From Mobula hypostoma (lineage: Eukaryota): a stretch of 64,000 bases of DNA. The notes beneath the pieces were generated by a model that searched no databases, was not told where the DNA came from, and saw only the letters and a list, made by a program, of their open reading frames with translations. Positions 11,075-24,208 of this stretch are shown here, piece by piece (within the stretch, counting starts at the first letter, position 1; each line of letters begins with the position of its first letter). The translations under genes and the position numbers were made by a program. The DNA lies in NCBI RefSeq assembly GCF_963921235.1, contig NC_086097.1, positions 134,356,001-134,420,000 of the forward strand, given 5' to 3'.

Positions 11075-12619
11075 AAGTGTGCAATCGACTTGCTGGTTCA
11101 AGCTTATGAAAATCTCCCTGCATGGATATATGACATACAGGAAATCAATTAGATATTAAAGGCAACTGTTTCTGTATACTGATTAAATAGCCGATTAACT
11201 AATTTAAAGACTGCAAGTGTATTAAATCCCAGTATCAAGTTAGGCATGCTTCAGTATAACAGGCACTGTGTTCTGGAACCTCTTTTACAAAGGAAATAAT
11301 TTCTCTCCGCTTGTTCAATCAACTCTTTTAATCACCACGACACTTCAGTTTATTTTAAAGATCGCTACGTATTCCATACTCTACGGAAATGTTAGCATGA
11401 GCAGACAAAATGCTCCCTTGAGTTCCTCTACTGTCCGCATACCTTCATTACTTAAGAGGCCAAAACATCTACTTCAGCTTTGAAGATATTCAATGCCTGT
11501 GCATAACCCACTCTGTGGTAGCATATTACATGTGTTGATACATCCAAGACTTTATTCCTGGCTTTGCCCTGAAAAATCACTTATCCTCAGATGAGGAGCA
11601 TTTTACCTAGTGTGGTGGTCGAAGAAGCAGTAAGAATTTGAAAAGATACTGTGAAGCGACAGTAATTAACTTTCCAACATTTGTGCTCTGTTTTTATATG
11701 CTCCTGCTCAGTGGGCTCGAAATCCTCCAAGTTTATTCCACATGTTTTGTCTCTATTTTGGGCAGTCATGGGCCATGGTTTCCTACAAGTCAACAGAGAT
11801 GCTGCACCGCAAGATAGCACTGGAACATGACAACTTGTTGCAAGCTGATCACTGCAGATCTACTCATTACTTGTATTTTTAAAATCTAAATTCTATAACT
11901 CTAAGAATTACTAGACTCTATTCTGCATTCTGTTATTGTTTTCCTTTGTATTACCTCAATGTACTGTTGTAATGAAATGATCTGTATGGATGACATAGAA
12001 AGCTTTTCACTGAAATTTGGCATATGTGACATTAATAAACTAATTTACCAATCCTGATGGATATTTGCATTCAAGTTCATTGCTCACCTACACTTAAAAA
12101 CAAACTGTGACAACCTCAAACCTTTCCATTCTCAATTTTTAAACCAACCTGGAAAATCCACAATGGGAAGGTGAAGCAGAAGCTTAATTGTGATTCAGAA
12201 CAGATCCTAGGAACTGTCAATATGAAGAAAATGTTAAGAGATTTATGATCAAAAAGAGCAAGATCGCAAATTATTTAAACTGATGGAATGATGTTAATTT
12301 TTCATTGTAAACAATTAAAAAAAACTTGAGGTTACTCTAAGTACCATAAACCACATTTATCAGTAAGAAAAGCCTTTGCAATTTGTATTGCAGGACACAG
12401 TTCTGAAATTTCATATTTAATATAAGGTTTACAGTATAAATTAGTTTTTTTTTAAACCAAAACAGAGGGTTGGGGTACAAAATGGCAATGGTAGTGAAGT
12501 CTTAAGTTTGTTGGAAAGTGCAGATCTTCCTTATTTATTTTGTGATCGTTTTGAAGAGTAAAAGTCTTTCTGGACTGGTTGGACTGAATAGGAAGTTTTC
12601 ATCTCATAAAATTTCATGA

Positions 12620-13215
12620 AGTCAGAGTAATACAGCATGAAAACGGCCTCTTGGCCTAATTTGTCAATGCTGACCAAAGTGCCTTCCTCAGCTAGTCTCA
12701 TTTGCCTGCATTTGGTCTATATCACTCTCTCTGCTTTAATAAAATCACGAGCGGCATGTATAGGATGAATATGCACAGTCTTTTTCCCAGAGTTGGGGAA
12801 TCAAGAAGTAGAGGGCAGATGTTTAAGGTGAGAGGGAGGAAAGACATTTAAGAACCTGAGGGGCAATATTTTCATTCAGAGAGCGATCAGTACATGGAAT
12901 AAGCTGCTGAAGGAAGTGGTTGAGGTAGCTATATTAACAGCACTGTCTTCGATAGGTACTGTATGTGGATAGGAAGGATTTAGGGGTGTATGGCCCAAAT
13001 ACAGGCAAATGGGATTAGATTAGATGGGACCTTTGGATATATGGACCAAAGGGCCTATTTCTGCGCAATACATCTATGACTCTATAAACTTTTCTCCTCC
13101 ATGTATTGTCTGAACGCTTTAAAAATGAACTTATTGTACCTATGCTTCCCAGTTTCTTTGGCAAATCATTCCATATATTCACCACCCATTGTGTGAAAAA
13201 CTTATCCCTTCAGAG
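12620..13215. mobile_element. Cluster of CR1 3' fragments in opposite orientations
   Basis: Minus-strand tail at about 12620-12730, plus-strand 3' end at about 12740-13085 (ending tctatgactctata), and a minus fragment to about 13215. Confidence 0.6.
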
Positions 13216-13360
13216 ACTATTCTAAATACAAGTATCCCTGGGGTATGATTGCTTACTATGAACAGCCATATATACAGTCAAGCTCCTGTAACATTATTAA
13301 GTTTAAAAGTCCAATATACAACTTACATCCATTTCTCTGAAGGCAGAACTAGTTTCACAT

Positions 13361-13485
13361 AAGGGTCTCGGCCCAAAATGTTGACTGTACAACTTCCTGT
13401 TGATGCTGCCTGCCCTGCTGTGTTCTACCAGCATTTTGTGTGTGTGTTGCTTGAATTTCCAGCATCTGCAGATTTTCTCGTGTTC
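13361..13485 (+). mobile_element. Penelope terminal-repeat fragment with degenerate hammerhead half
   Basis: aagggtctcggcccaaaatgttgactg followed by gatgctgcctg...cagcatctgcagattttctc. Confidence 0.6.
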
Positions 13486-13899
13486 ACATTTCCCTCTCGT
13501 TTTTATTAGAAACTGTTTTAATTGCACACTTAAAAATGAATCACAATTAAAACAAAAGTAAACAAAACCTTTTCAGTGCAGAGGAGTGAAAGTGGTCATG
13601 GTGTTACTAAACTCTGCTCTATGACGGTGGTGCAGGGGCTAAGAAGCTGGATTGGAGACCTAGAGGTTTGCAGACCTGAGTTCAAATCCCACCTCAGCAG
13701 CTATGGAATTAGAAGGGCTTGTCTATTTTCCTGCCAGTGTGGTAGTGGAGAGGTGGATACATTAGGGACATTTAGAAACACTTAGATAGACATGTGGATG
13801 ATAGAAAAAAGGAAGGTTATGTAGGAAGGAAAGTCCAGATTGATCTTAGAGTAGGTTAAAAAGATTGTAATATGCTGTAATGTTCTATGTTCTAAAGTG

Positions 13900-14605
13900 T
13901 AGTGATGAATTTGGTTCAAGAATTGAATAGCCGAAGGAAAATAACTATTCTTGAATCTGGTTGTGTGGGAATTCAGGCTTCTGTGCCAATTGCTCAATGA
14001 TAACTGAAAAAAGATAGTGCAGCCTGGATGATGATGTTTCCTTCTTGAATCAATACTTTCTGTAGATACTACAATGATAGGATATGATATGCCCCATGAT
14101 ATATTAAGGCAGAGTCCACTACTCACTGTAGCTTCTTAGGTTCCTGCACACTTGAATTGCTGTACCAGACCATGATGTAAGAGTACATCGGTAGAAGTTT
14201 GTTAGAGTGTTCAATAACATCTCAATATCCTTAACCTTCTAAGAAAGTAAAAATGCTGGCATGCTTTCCTTACCATTGCATCCACATGCTGGGCTCAGGA
14301 TAGGATATCCAATATGTTAATGGACAAGAATTTAAAGCTGCTGACTCTCTCCAACACTGATCTCCTAATATAGACTGGCTCATGTTTGCCCTCCTTTCCC
14401 TTCCTGAAGTCAACAATCAACTCTTTAGTTTTGCTGACATTGGGCAAGATGTTACTTTTGCAGCATCACTCAACTAGATGACCTACCTTGCTCTGGTAAA
14501 CTGATTCGTCACTACCTGACAAATTTGAAGATGGCATTGGTGCTGCGCTTAGCCGTACAGTCAAGTATGTACAGAGAGTACAGCAGAGACCGCAGCACGC
14601 AGCTT
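13900..14605 (-). mobile_element. Rex1/Babar LINE 3' fragment
   Basis: HHPGCTIFFQL..HRSLNSHTTRFKNSYFPSAI in ORF 13782-14126. Confidence 0.7.
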
Positions 14606-14752
14606 AGTACAACTTGATAATATTTTGCCTTGTATATTGTATTACTTTGCAGGTGAGTAGGGTATCAACAATAGTACTCAGACAATTCTTAGTAAATCTC
14701 AGACAGAGAAGACAAAAATTTTAATTCTGAGTATCTGTGCTCAGATATGGGT

Positions 14753-14754
<2 letters not shown>

Positions 14755-14810
<56 letters not shown>
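14755..14810. repeat. (GT)n microsatellite
   Basis: Uninterrupted GT dinucleotide run. Confidence 0.98.
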
Positions 14811-14814
<4 letters not shown>

Positions 14815-16179
14815 GTATGCAAATCATGACATTGGTTATTGACTTGCCCTTCTGACAGCAGTACAGTGATGGAGATAAATGCAAAAACAGTAGTATTCTC
14901 ATCACTGTCCCACGTTTACCAACAGTTGAAGCTACAGACAGGCTTTAACTAGACTACACACCTTAGAAGAGAAATGAAACCCTCAATATTCATTTTAGAA
15001 CACAGTTCTCCTCAACCTTAACATCCAATTGGGTTGGTTTACTAATTATATCCTTTCTTTTCCCTCTGTAAAGAAACAGTCTCTGTAGCTCACAGTTCCA
15101 GCTATCACCTGCTTGTGCTGCTTCTGCAGATCAATAGTGCCTAGTTAAGTGGATGAAAAGGCTAAATGTGACTCTCGTTTGCAATGCCAGGGGTTATTCA
15201 GCTTTTAAGTGGTACTCTTGTGCTTCATCTCAGCAAGCTCAAATCAACTCCCAGGTGGTCTGGACTTTGTAAGTTATTTTATTATTAAGGATCTGTCATT
15301 CCTTTTTACTTCGCTACCTCCATACCGCAATAGGTTACAGTTAGACTGCTTGCATAACCATCATGCAGAAAATCTACATTATCCTCCAAAGATGTTGGTC
15401 ATACATCTCATATGGCAAAACTGACACTGGTTTTAATGCAAGCAAAGATCAATAAATATTAACCTTTTCTGACACTTCCTACACTGATACTTTATCAGCT
15501 ACTGTCAAGTTTTACAATAAAAAGCCAGTGATACATTGCATTTTTTAAGCTAAGAATCAATGATAGATTAGAAAATCAATGTAGATTAGCAAAGATTCAA
15601 TATTAATTACTTTTTAAAAAAAGACAATGAACGACACGCAAGAAGAATTCTGGCTGAAAGATAAAAAAAACCTGTCCTGGTGCTGTGGCATTAATCAAAT
15701 CTCCTGTTTCACATTAATATTTCAGGATTACATTAAATGCTACAAAAGGGTGCACACATAGGGGAAAACGTTACAATCTACATAGAGCCTGCTACTGTCT
15801 TTTAAGTAAGTTAATGCATGGCTGCATTAGTTTCCTGCATTACAAAAGAGCCTGCACTTCAAAATAAAGTTTATTGGCTCGATAGTACTTTAAGGTGTTC
15901 TGAGGCCATAATGGCCAAAAAGAAAAGATGCAGTTTTTTCAGCTTTTAAGTAATAATGCATTAAGAGACCATAAACCACAGCAACAATGTAAAACATCAA
16001 CATCTATACATGGGCAAAAACTGTGTTGGTTATGGCAAATGGAGGCAGTAATTGGAGGGCAGCTGCTGCTCCCATGCATGTAAGGACCAGCTGCATGTGT
16101 GGAACTGATTAAGTGATGATGCCATCACATCTGCCATTCCCCTGCATCACCGGACTCTATATAATAACCATCAGACTTG

Positions 16180-16490
16180 GCATAGTCATTCAGCATGGAA
16201 ACACCCCCTCTGGTCCATCAGGTCTAAGAATACCAAGCATCCATTTACACTAATCCATTATACTCTCTCCACACTCCCATCAATTCCACCCAGATTCTAT
16301 CCCTCACCTACACATGAGGAGCAATTTACAGAGATTAATTAACCTATCAACAAACACACCTTTGGGACATGGTAGAGGATTGGAACACACAGAGGAATGC
16401 ATGTGGTCACAGGGAAGGTGTGCAAACTCTACACGGTTAGCACTTGTGGTCTGGAACGAACCCTGGTCACTGGAGCCGTAAGCTGTACCA
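16180..16490 (-). mobile_element. V-SINE (HE1-like) with CR1-type tail
   Basis: Minus strand has a tRNA-like head (ccagtgaccagggttcgttcc), a V-domain (gtgtagagtttgcacaccttccctgtgaccacatg) and a CR1-like tail. Confidence 0.65.
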
Positions 16491-16914
16491 CTCTGATTTA
16501 GGATAAGACCCCGTTTATTTCCGTAATGTTCGAAAGCAGGGAGGGTAATTATTTTTAACCAATTATATAGCCTATAATATATAGCCTGTATTATAATGAT
16601 TATGTTCCACATGATACAGACTGAACTCCCTGGTGAGCTTTATTCTGGGGAAGTGAAAGGCAGAAAGTGACATAACTGAATTATTTTTAAAAGTATAGAG
16701 TGAATAGATAGAGTGCACACAGACCTTTAGGAGCAAGCTTCACATTCTGAGAACACCCTGGATAAATCTCTGGAATTCCCTATGATACTTAATGGTTATC
16801 TTCTGCATATAAGACCCTCAAATTCTGCCTTCCTAAAGATTTTCCCAAGGAGTGGTTAAAAAGTAGAACTCACTACTATGGGGAGTTGTTGATGTAAATT
16901 GCAGAAATGTGTTT

Positions 16915-17480
16915 AGGTGAATGACGGAAATATAAACAGGCGTACGGTGTGTTGGCTTTCATTGATTGGGGGGTTGAATTCAAGAGCCTTGAGACAATGT
17001 CATAGCTCTATAAAACCCTGCTTATACCACACTTCGAATTTTGAATTCAGTTCTGGTCCCCTTCATCATAAGGATGTAGAAGCTTTAGAAAGAGTACAGA
17101 GGTGATTTACCTGGATTAGAAAGCATATCTTATGAGGATAGGTTGAGCGAGCTAGAACTTTTCTCTCTGGAGTGAAGGAGGATGAGAGATGACTTGATAG
17201 AGGTGTACAAGATTATAAGTAGCATAGATCAAGTGGATAGCCAGAGACATTTTCCCCAGGGCTGAAATAGTTAATACAAGGAGGCATAATTTCAAGGTGA
17301 TTAGTGAAAAATACATGGAGAATCGGAGGTAAGCATTTTATACAGAGAGTGGTGAGTGCGTGGAACATGCTGTCAGGGGTGGTGGTGGAGACAGATACAT
17401 TAGGGGCAGTAAAGAACCCTGAGATAGGCACATGGATGATAGAAAAATAGGGGGGAAGGGTTAGTACATCTTGGGTAAAT
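16915..17480 (+). mobile_element. CR1 ORF2 3' fragment
   Basis: HHKDVEALERVQR and downstream sequence similar to 28300-28860. Confidence 0.75.
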
Positions 17481-19077
17481 GGATGCTTGGCATTCTTAGA
17501 CTTGACAGACCAAAGGGACTATATGTTCTTTAAGGGTACGCTGATGGGCTGGGATAATGAGAGCTGGCGGCCGGTAGAACTAGAGCATATAAGATTTGAG
17601 CCAAGCAGGGTATTTCTCTGCTGTCAATCTGATCAAAATCATAAATTTACAACCTATCAAATATTTACTTCTCCCTTCAGAAGGAACAAAGCAAAAATCA
17701 TTCTTTTCATTGATTTGGTGCTTTCTTGTATCTTGGTAATGAATTCAGTCATTAATTTACCAAATGACAACAGAGATTAAGTATATCAGTTGTAAAATTC
17801 ATATACAGCTAGAATACTTTGAACATCAATGCAGCATATTTCAGATTTATTTTAAAATTTTAAGTTAAGTAAAGGAGTTACCATGTCCTTTTCATAAACA
17901 AAAATGTCCTTTGATTTTAAATTTCACACTTAGAGACCAAAATTCTGTAGTACTAAACCAAGGGTAATTAACTGGTAGAAGGCTGACCTGCATGATGTGT
18001 ATATTTCTAAAATATAATGGGTTTAAGTAATGTTGTAGCATTTCTTACTTAGGATAGGAAGATAGACAGATAGTGCAATGAAAGTGCATCATTCTGATCC
18101 CTAAGAGTTCAAACCTTTTTTTTCTCAGGTGCATATTTTATTTAAGACACATACTATAAACTGGGTAGTTTTTCTTGACAGATGTGTGTCCAAGCTGTCA
18201 ATCAAACCAACAGTTGTGTGGAAGACTAGGTTTTCAACTGTGATACAACTAACCAGTCTCATCTGATAGCCCAGCTAGAAAGTAATAAAGCTCTGGGCTT
18301 AAAAGAAAATATTTGTTGTTTTAACAACTGGTGGGCAAAGTAGAGAAACATACAGGAATACACAACAGTCCTGATATTTGTTGTAATTAATATATTATTT
18401 TTAACACTTTATAAATGTCCAATTGCAAATTCAATTCAGCTTTCAACTGAAGCCATGGACTATGGTTAGGACAGAGCACTCTGCATCACTGTTTCTGGCC
18501 TAGTGCTATTTTTTTAAAATTGACAATATTTCTATCAATGTGATAGGTAATGAGCAGGTCTATATAACTGAAAGATGCTGTTCTCTGCTCTTTTCATGGC
18601 TCTGAATAATTGCCTTCTGCATTTTTCTACAGTTTTATCGAATCATTATGGAACTCCCTGAGTTCAAGACAAAGATGATTGCTCTTTACTCCCCACTGAA
18701 AGTATACCTGACGGCCAGGTCAGTGTTTGCACAGTTGATCCTCATTGTCTAGGAAATCCTTTTCAAAAACCCATATTGTAATTAATCAGCAATGCAAGAC
18801 ATTAGGATGTCCTGATTGCTCAAGCGAAGCAATGAGACCTCCATGTTGATTTACAAGTGCTTCATATTATAGGAGTGTGTTCTGAATTCTGTAGGAAATA
18901 AGCTTTATTGGGCGATAATTCAGCTAGAAAGTTGTTAAATGATGTGATAGCGTGCAATTTTTTTTCTGAAAGTTGTGAGAGAGAAAAAGAAGTGACAAAG
19001 AAAAGAAATAGAGAGAAAGAGACTAAAAAGGAGAGAAAAATGACTACTTACAGCTTGAAAATTAAACCTTTTCTTTT

Positions 19078-21906
19078 AGAAACATAGAAAGTAGGTGCAG
19101 GAGTAGGCCATTCGGCCCTTCGAGCCTGCACCGCCATTTATTATGATCATGGCTGATCATCCAACTCAGAACCCCGCCCCAGCCTTCCCTCCATACCCCC
19201 TGACCCCCGTAGCCACAAGGGCCATACCTAACGCCCTCTTAAATATAGCCAATGAACTGGCCTCAACTGTTTCCTGTGGCAGAGAATTCCACAGATTCAC
19301 CACTCTCTGTGTGAAGAAGTTTTTCCTAATCTCGGTCCTAAAAGGCTTCCCCTCTATCCTCAAATGGTGGCCCCTCGTTCTGGACTTCCCCAACATCGGG
19401 AACAATCTTCCTGCATCTAGCCTGTCCAATCCCTTTAGGATCTTATACGTTTCAATCAGATCCCCCCTCAATCTTCTAAATTCCAACGAGTACAAGCCCA
19501 GTTCATCCAGTCTTTCTTCATATGAAAGACCTGCCATCCCAGGAATCAATCTGGTGAACCTTCTTTGTACTCCCTCTATGGCAAAGATGTCTTTCCTCAG
19601 ATTAGGGGACCAAAACTGCACACAATACTCCAGGTGTGGCCTCACCAAGGCCTTGTACAACTGCAGTAGTACCTCCCTGCTCCTGTACTCGAATCCTCTC
19701 GCTATAAATGCCAGCATACCATTCGCCTTTTTCACCGCCTGCTGTACCTGCATGCCCACTTTCAATGACTGGTGTATAATGACACCCAGGTCTCGTTGCA
19801 CCTCCCCTTTTCCTAATCGGCCACCATTCAGATAATAATCTGTTTTCCTATTTTTGCCACCAAAGTGGATAACTTCACATTTATCCACATTAAATTGCAT
19901 CTGCCATGAATTTGCCCACTCACTCAACCTATCCAAGTCAACCTGCATCCTCTTAGCATCCTCCTCACTGCTAACACTGCCACCCAGCTTCGTGTCATCC
20001 GCAAACTTGGAGATGCTGCATTTAATTCCCTCATCCAAGTCATTAATATATATTGTAAACAACTGGGGTCCCAGCACTGAGCCTTGCGGTACCCCACTAG
20101 TCACCGCCTGCCATTCTGAAAAGGTTCCGTTTGTTCCCACTCTTTGCTTCCTGTCTGCTAACCAATTCTCCACCCACACCAATACCTTACCCCCAATACC
20201 ATGTGCTTTAAGTTTGCACACTAATCTCCTGTGTGGGACCTTGTCAAATGCCTTTTGAAAATCCAAATATACCACATCCACTGGTTCTCCCCTATCCACT
20301 CTACTAGTTACATCCTCAAAAAATTCTATGAGATTCGTCAGACATGATTTTCCTTTCACAAATCCATGCTGACTTTGTCCGATCATTTCACCGCTTTCCA
20401 AATGTGCTGTTATCACATCCTTGATAACTGACTCCAGCAGTTTCCCCACCACCGACGTTAGGCTAACCGGTCTATAATTCCCCGGTTTCTCTCTCCCTCC
20501 TTTTTTAAAAAGTGGGGTTACATTAGCCACCCTCCAATCCTCAGGAACTAGTCCAGAATCTAACGAGTTTTGAAAAATTATCACTAATGCATCCACTATT
20601 TCTTGGGCTACTTCCTGAAGCACTCTAGGATGCAGACCATCTGGCCCTGGGGATTTATCTGCCTTCAATCCCTTCAATTTACCTAACACCACTTCCCTAC
20701 TAACATGTATTTCGCTCAGTTCCTCCATCTCACTGGACCCTCTGACCCTTACTATTTCTGGAAGATTATTTATGTCCTCCTTAGTGAAGACAGAACCAAA
20801 GTAATTATTCAATTGGTCTGCCATGTCCTTGCTCCCCATAATCAATTCACCTGTTTCTGTCTGCAGGGGACCTACATTTGTCTTTACCAGTCTTTTCCTT
20901 TTTACATATCTATAAAAGCTTTTACAGTCCGTTTTTATGTTCCCTGCCAGTTTTCTCTCATAATCTTTTTTCCCCTTCCTAATTAAGCCCTTTGTCCTCC
21001 TCTGCTGAACTCTGAATTTCTCCCAGTCCTCAGGTGAGCCACTTTCTCTGGCTAATTTGTATGCTTCTTCTTTGGAATTGATACTATCCCTAATTTCTCT
21101 TGTCAGTCACGGGTGCACTACCTTCCTTGATTTATTCTTTTGCCAAACTGGGATGAACAATTGTAGTTCATCCATGCAACCTTTAAATGCTTGCCATTGC
21201 ATATCCACCGTCAATCCTTTAAGTGTCATTTGCCAGTCTATCTTAGCTAATTCACGTCTCATACCTTCAAAGTTACCCCTCTTTAAGTTCAGAACCTTTG
21301 TTTCTGAATTAACTATGTCACTCTCCATCTTAATGAAGAATTCCACCATATTATGGTCACTCTTACCCAAGGGGCCTCTCACGACAAGATCACTAATTAA
21401 CCCTTCCTCTTTGCTCAAAACCCAGTCCAGAATAGCCTGCTCTCTAGTTGGTTCCTCGACATGTTGGTTCAAAAAACCATCCCGCATACATTCCAAGAAA
21501 TCCTCTTCCTCAGCACCTTTACCAATTTGGTTCACCCAGTCTACATGTAGATTGAAGTCACCCATTATAACTGCTGTTCCTTTATTACACACATTTCTAA
21601 TTTCCTGTTTAATACCATCTCCGACCTCACTACTACTGTTAGGTGGCCTGTACACAACTCCCACCAGCGTCTTCTGCCCCTTAGTGTTACGCAGCTCTAC
21701 CCATATCGATTCCACATCTTCCCGGCTTATGTCCTTCCTTTCTATTGCGTTAATCTCTCCTTTAACCAGCAACGCCACCCCACCTCCCCTTCCTTCATGT
21801 CTATCCCTCCTGAATATTGAATATCCCTGAACGTTGAGCTCCCATCCCTGGTCACCCTGGAGCCATGTCTCTGTGATCCCAACTATATCATAATCATTAA
21901 TAACAA
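19078..21906 (-). mobile_element. Young CR1 LINE, ORF2 nearly complete, 5'-truncated in the APE domain
   Basis: 277-aa APE ORF (GITETW, GDFN, SDH) is in frame with the 559-aa RT ORF (YLDFQKAFDKV, GVPQGSVLGP, FADD). (TTTCTATG) tail at 19078. Confidence 0.96.
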
Positions 21907-22825
21907 TGATGACTTTCTTAGTCTTCTTCATGTAAAGCATTGTTTTTAAATGATTTTGTGTTCAACTCTTCTATAAAATGTACTTTTTAAAAAAATTCTC
22001 AGCCTGCAAGTGGCTCCAGTCATTTTGAAATGTTATTAAACTCATATAATAACATCCAAAAAAACACGCTATTTACCCTTACAAAAAAAAACGGTGAAGT
22101 CAACAGAACCAAAGTTTGGAACTGGAGTTCAATGTGAAAAGTTAATATATTGCACATAGCTCAGCAATGACTAGTGTCATTGTAGAGTGTGACTTTCCTC
22201 TCCAATTGTTCTAATTATTGCTGACCGATTTCAATTACATCCTAGAGCACTGTAGGATCACACCTCCCTTCATTAATGTCCATTATAGATGCCTATTCCA
22301 ATAGTAATATTGCACAAATAGAAAAAAAAGGAGACATATTAGATTGATTTGCTCTTTCAAATCCATGTAAAGCAACAAATGAACTGTAGGTTTTATGGAT
22401 TCACAGTAGGGGTGCAGAGATAGCCTGGTGGAAACAATGAGCGAATTTATGTTCTTACCTAAAGTCCAGTTCTAAAACATCAACAGAAAGATCAGTGATA
22501 TCCCATCATGTTGTATACATAGGAAAAGTATAGGATTTCCAGTCCTGAAAGATCACTTCACAATGTCCAAATTTTGATCATTAAATTCCATATGCAAATA
22601 TAGCTTCAAACATAAGATGTACCTTTAGTCCCCATTTTCTTTGAATACAATTTTGTGTATTTGTTATAAATACGGGGAAGGAGGTAGGTTAAGGGCACTT
22701 GTCTGGGCCAGGCTATTAAAGGGGAAAGGTGAAATGAATTGTCATCCAACAACAAACCCAACTCAGTCTGTATCAGGAACACTGAAAAGCTGAAGCTTTA
22801 GTACTTTGAGAAAGGTCAATCTTAC

Positions 22826-23004
22826 CCGCGTGGAGATATGCCAGATCTGGATTCTCAATATCAGGATGAAGCTCCTTGAGATGGTTCCGAAATTCTAATG
22901 GTACGTTGGTTCCATACTCGCACTTTGGACAATTGTACATCAGAACACCCTCATGTTTGCCCGTATGCAGGATGTGCTTCCGAATATTCTCTGCACAGTT
23001 TGAT
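22826..23004 (-). CDS. ZNF407: Internal coding exon of zinc finger protein 407 (end of one C2H2 finger plus the final finger of the C-terminal array)
   Basis: Encodes (R)SNCAENIRKHILHTGKHEGVLMYNCPKCEYGTNVPLEFRNHLKELHPDIENPDLAYLHA(G), recognised as ZNF407. Acceptor cttAG at 23006-23005 with an upstream pyrimidine tract; donor GTAAG at 22825-22821. Length 179 nt = 1 nt + 59 codons + 1 nt. Confidence 0.9.
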
Positions 23005-24208
23005 CTAAGCAGGGTTTTCCCCCAAAAAAGAAAAAGAATCATCAATCTCAGAACAATCTTATTTGCTACCTTAATGTTAATTCTTTCCAGAAGATGCAGT
23101 CCTCCAGCACTTTGGATTTATAAAACAGTCTATCAAACAATGCAGAGGAAAGATACATATGACATGAAATTAAACATCCAAAGCTGAAGGCGGAAGGGCA
23201 ATTATATACACTGTATAAAAATCCAGCTCATGTGGTCATGAGCTAGTGGTACAACAATTACTAAGCTTTATGTTGTTATTAAGTAAAAGTATGCAAAAAG
23301 AGGCCATTAAAGATAAATGAAACATTGGAAATAAAAATAACAATTTGCATGTTAATACATTTTCTTTTCCACAGAAATATTGTTACTGCATGTAAATTAA
23401 TAGAGTAAGATTTCCAGTCTTCTGGTCTCATCCTGGAGCCTCCAGGAATTAATCTCCTGGGCGTAACTCCAAGTAAAATCAGAAGAATCAGTGGGAAATG
23501 TTAATGTTGAATCTACTTATCTTTTACTAAGAGATTTTGCTTCATGCTGAATGTAAAAATGGCATCTTGTCTCTTCCTATGATCCCATTTCCTGAATAAA
23601 ACTCTTAATGCTTGACCCTCTACACAGATGCAGAACTGGAAAGTGTCCAATCAAAGCAAGTAACCCATTATATCAGATACACCCGAGACTTGCCCTTTCC
23701 ACCTGAAGTCACAAGTACTTGACCCTTTGATCTTTTGGATTTATTTCAAGTGTTAACACATCATTTCTCTATTTGTTGGAATAGCATGCTTAATTCCAGA
23801 ACCTAAACCCAATTTAAACAAGTGTAAGGCAAGTAATTCATTCCACACTAGTAGCTGAAAACACATGCTATATTAGTGACCACAACTGAATTGTTTTTTT
23901 GGGAAAAAACAACATACTGACATTATTAGTACCACATTATGGAATGGGGATGAACTTTTTTGTATGCCCTTTAAATACTGTAATGCTAAGAACTAAACAT
24001 TGTAAATTAGAATATTCAAGAATAAATCAAAAATGATTCGGAGGTCATCCGTGTTTTCTGGTCTGAATGCTTATTCTTATTCTACACCTTTACAGCAGGA
24101 ATAAAAGTTAATTTTATTATTGACATAAAATGCACGAAATACATAAAATTATTTTATGGTATTAACGTATAAAGCACTGAGAGTTGTTGATACATTCCAT
24201 TCCATATA

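Noticed and set aside
19143..21830. Long plus-strand ORFs (230, 134 and 257 aa)
   Set aside because: Antisense shadows of the CR1 ORF2.
22773..23045. 90-aa ORF as a standalone gene
   Set aside because: The ends are intronic read-through beyond canonical splice sites.
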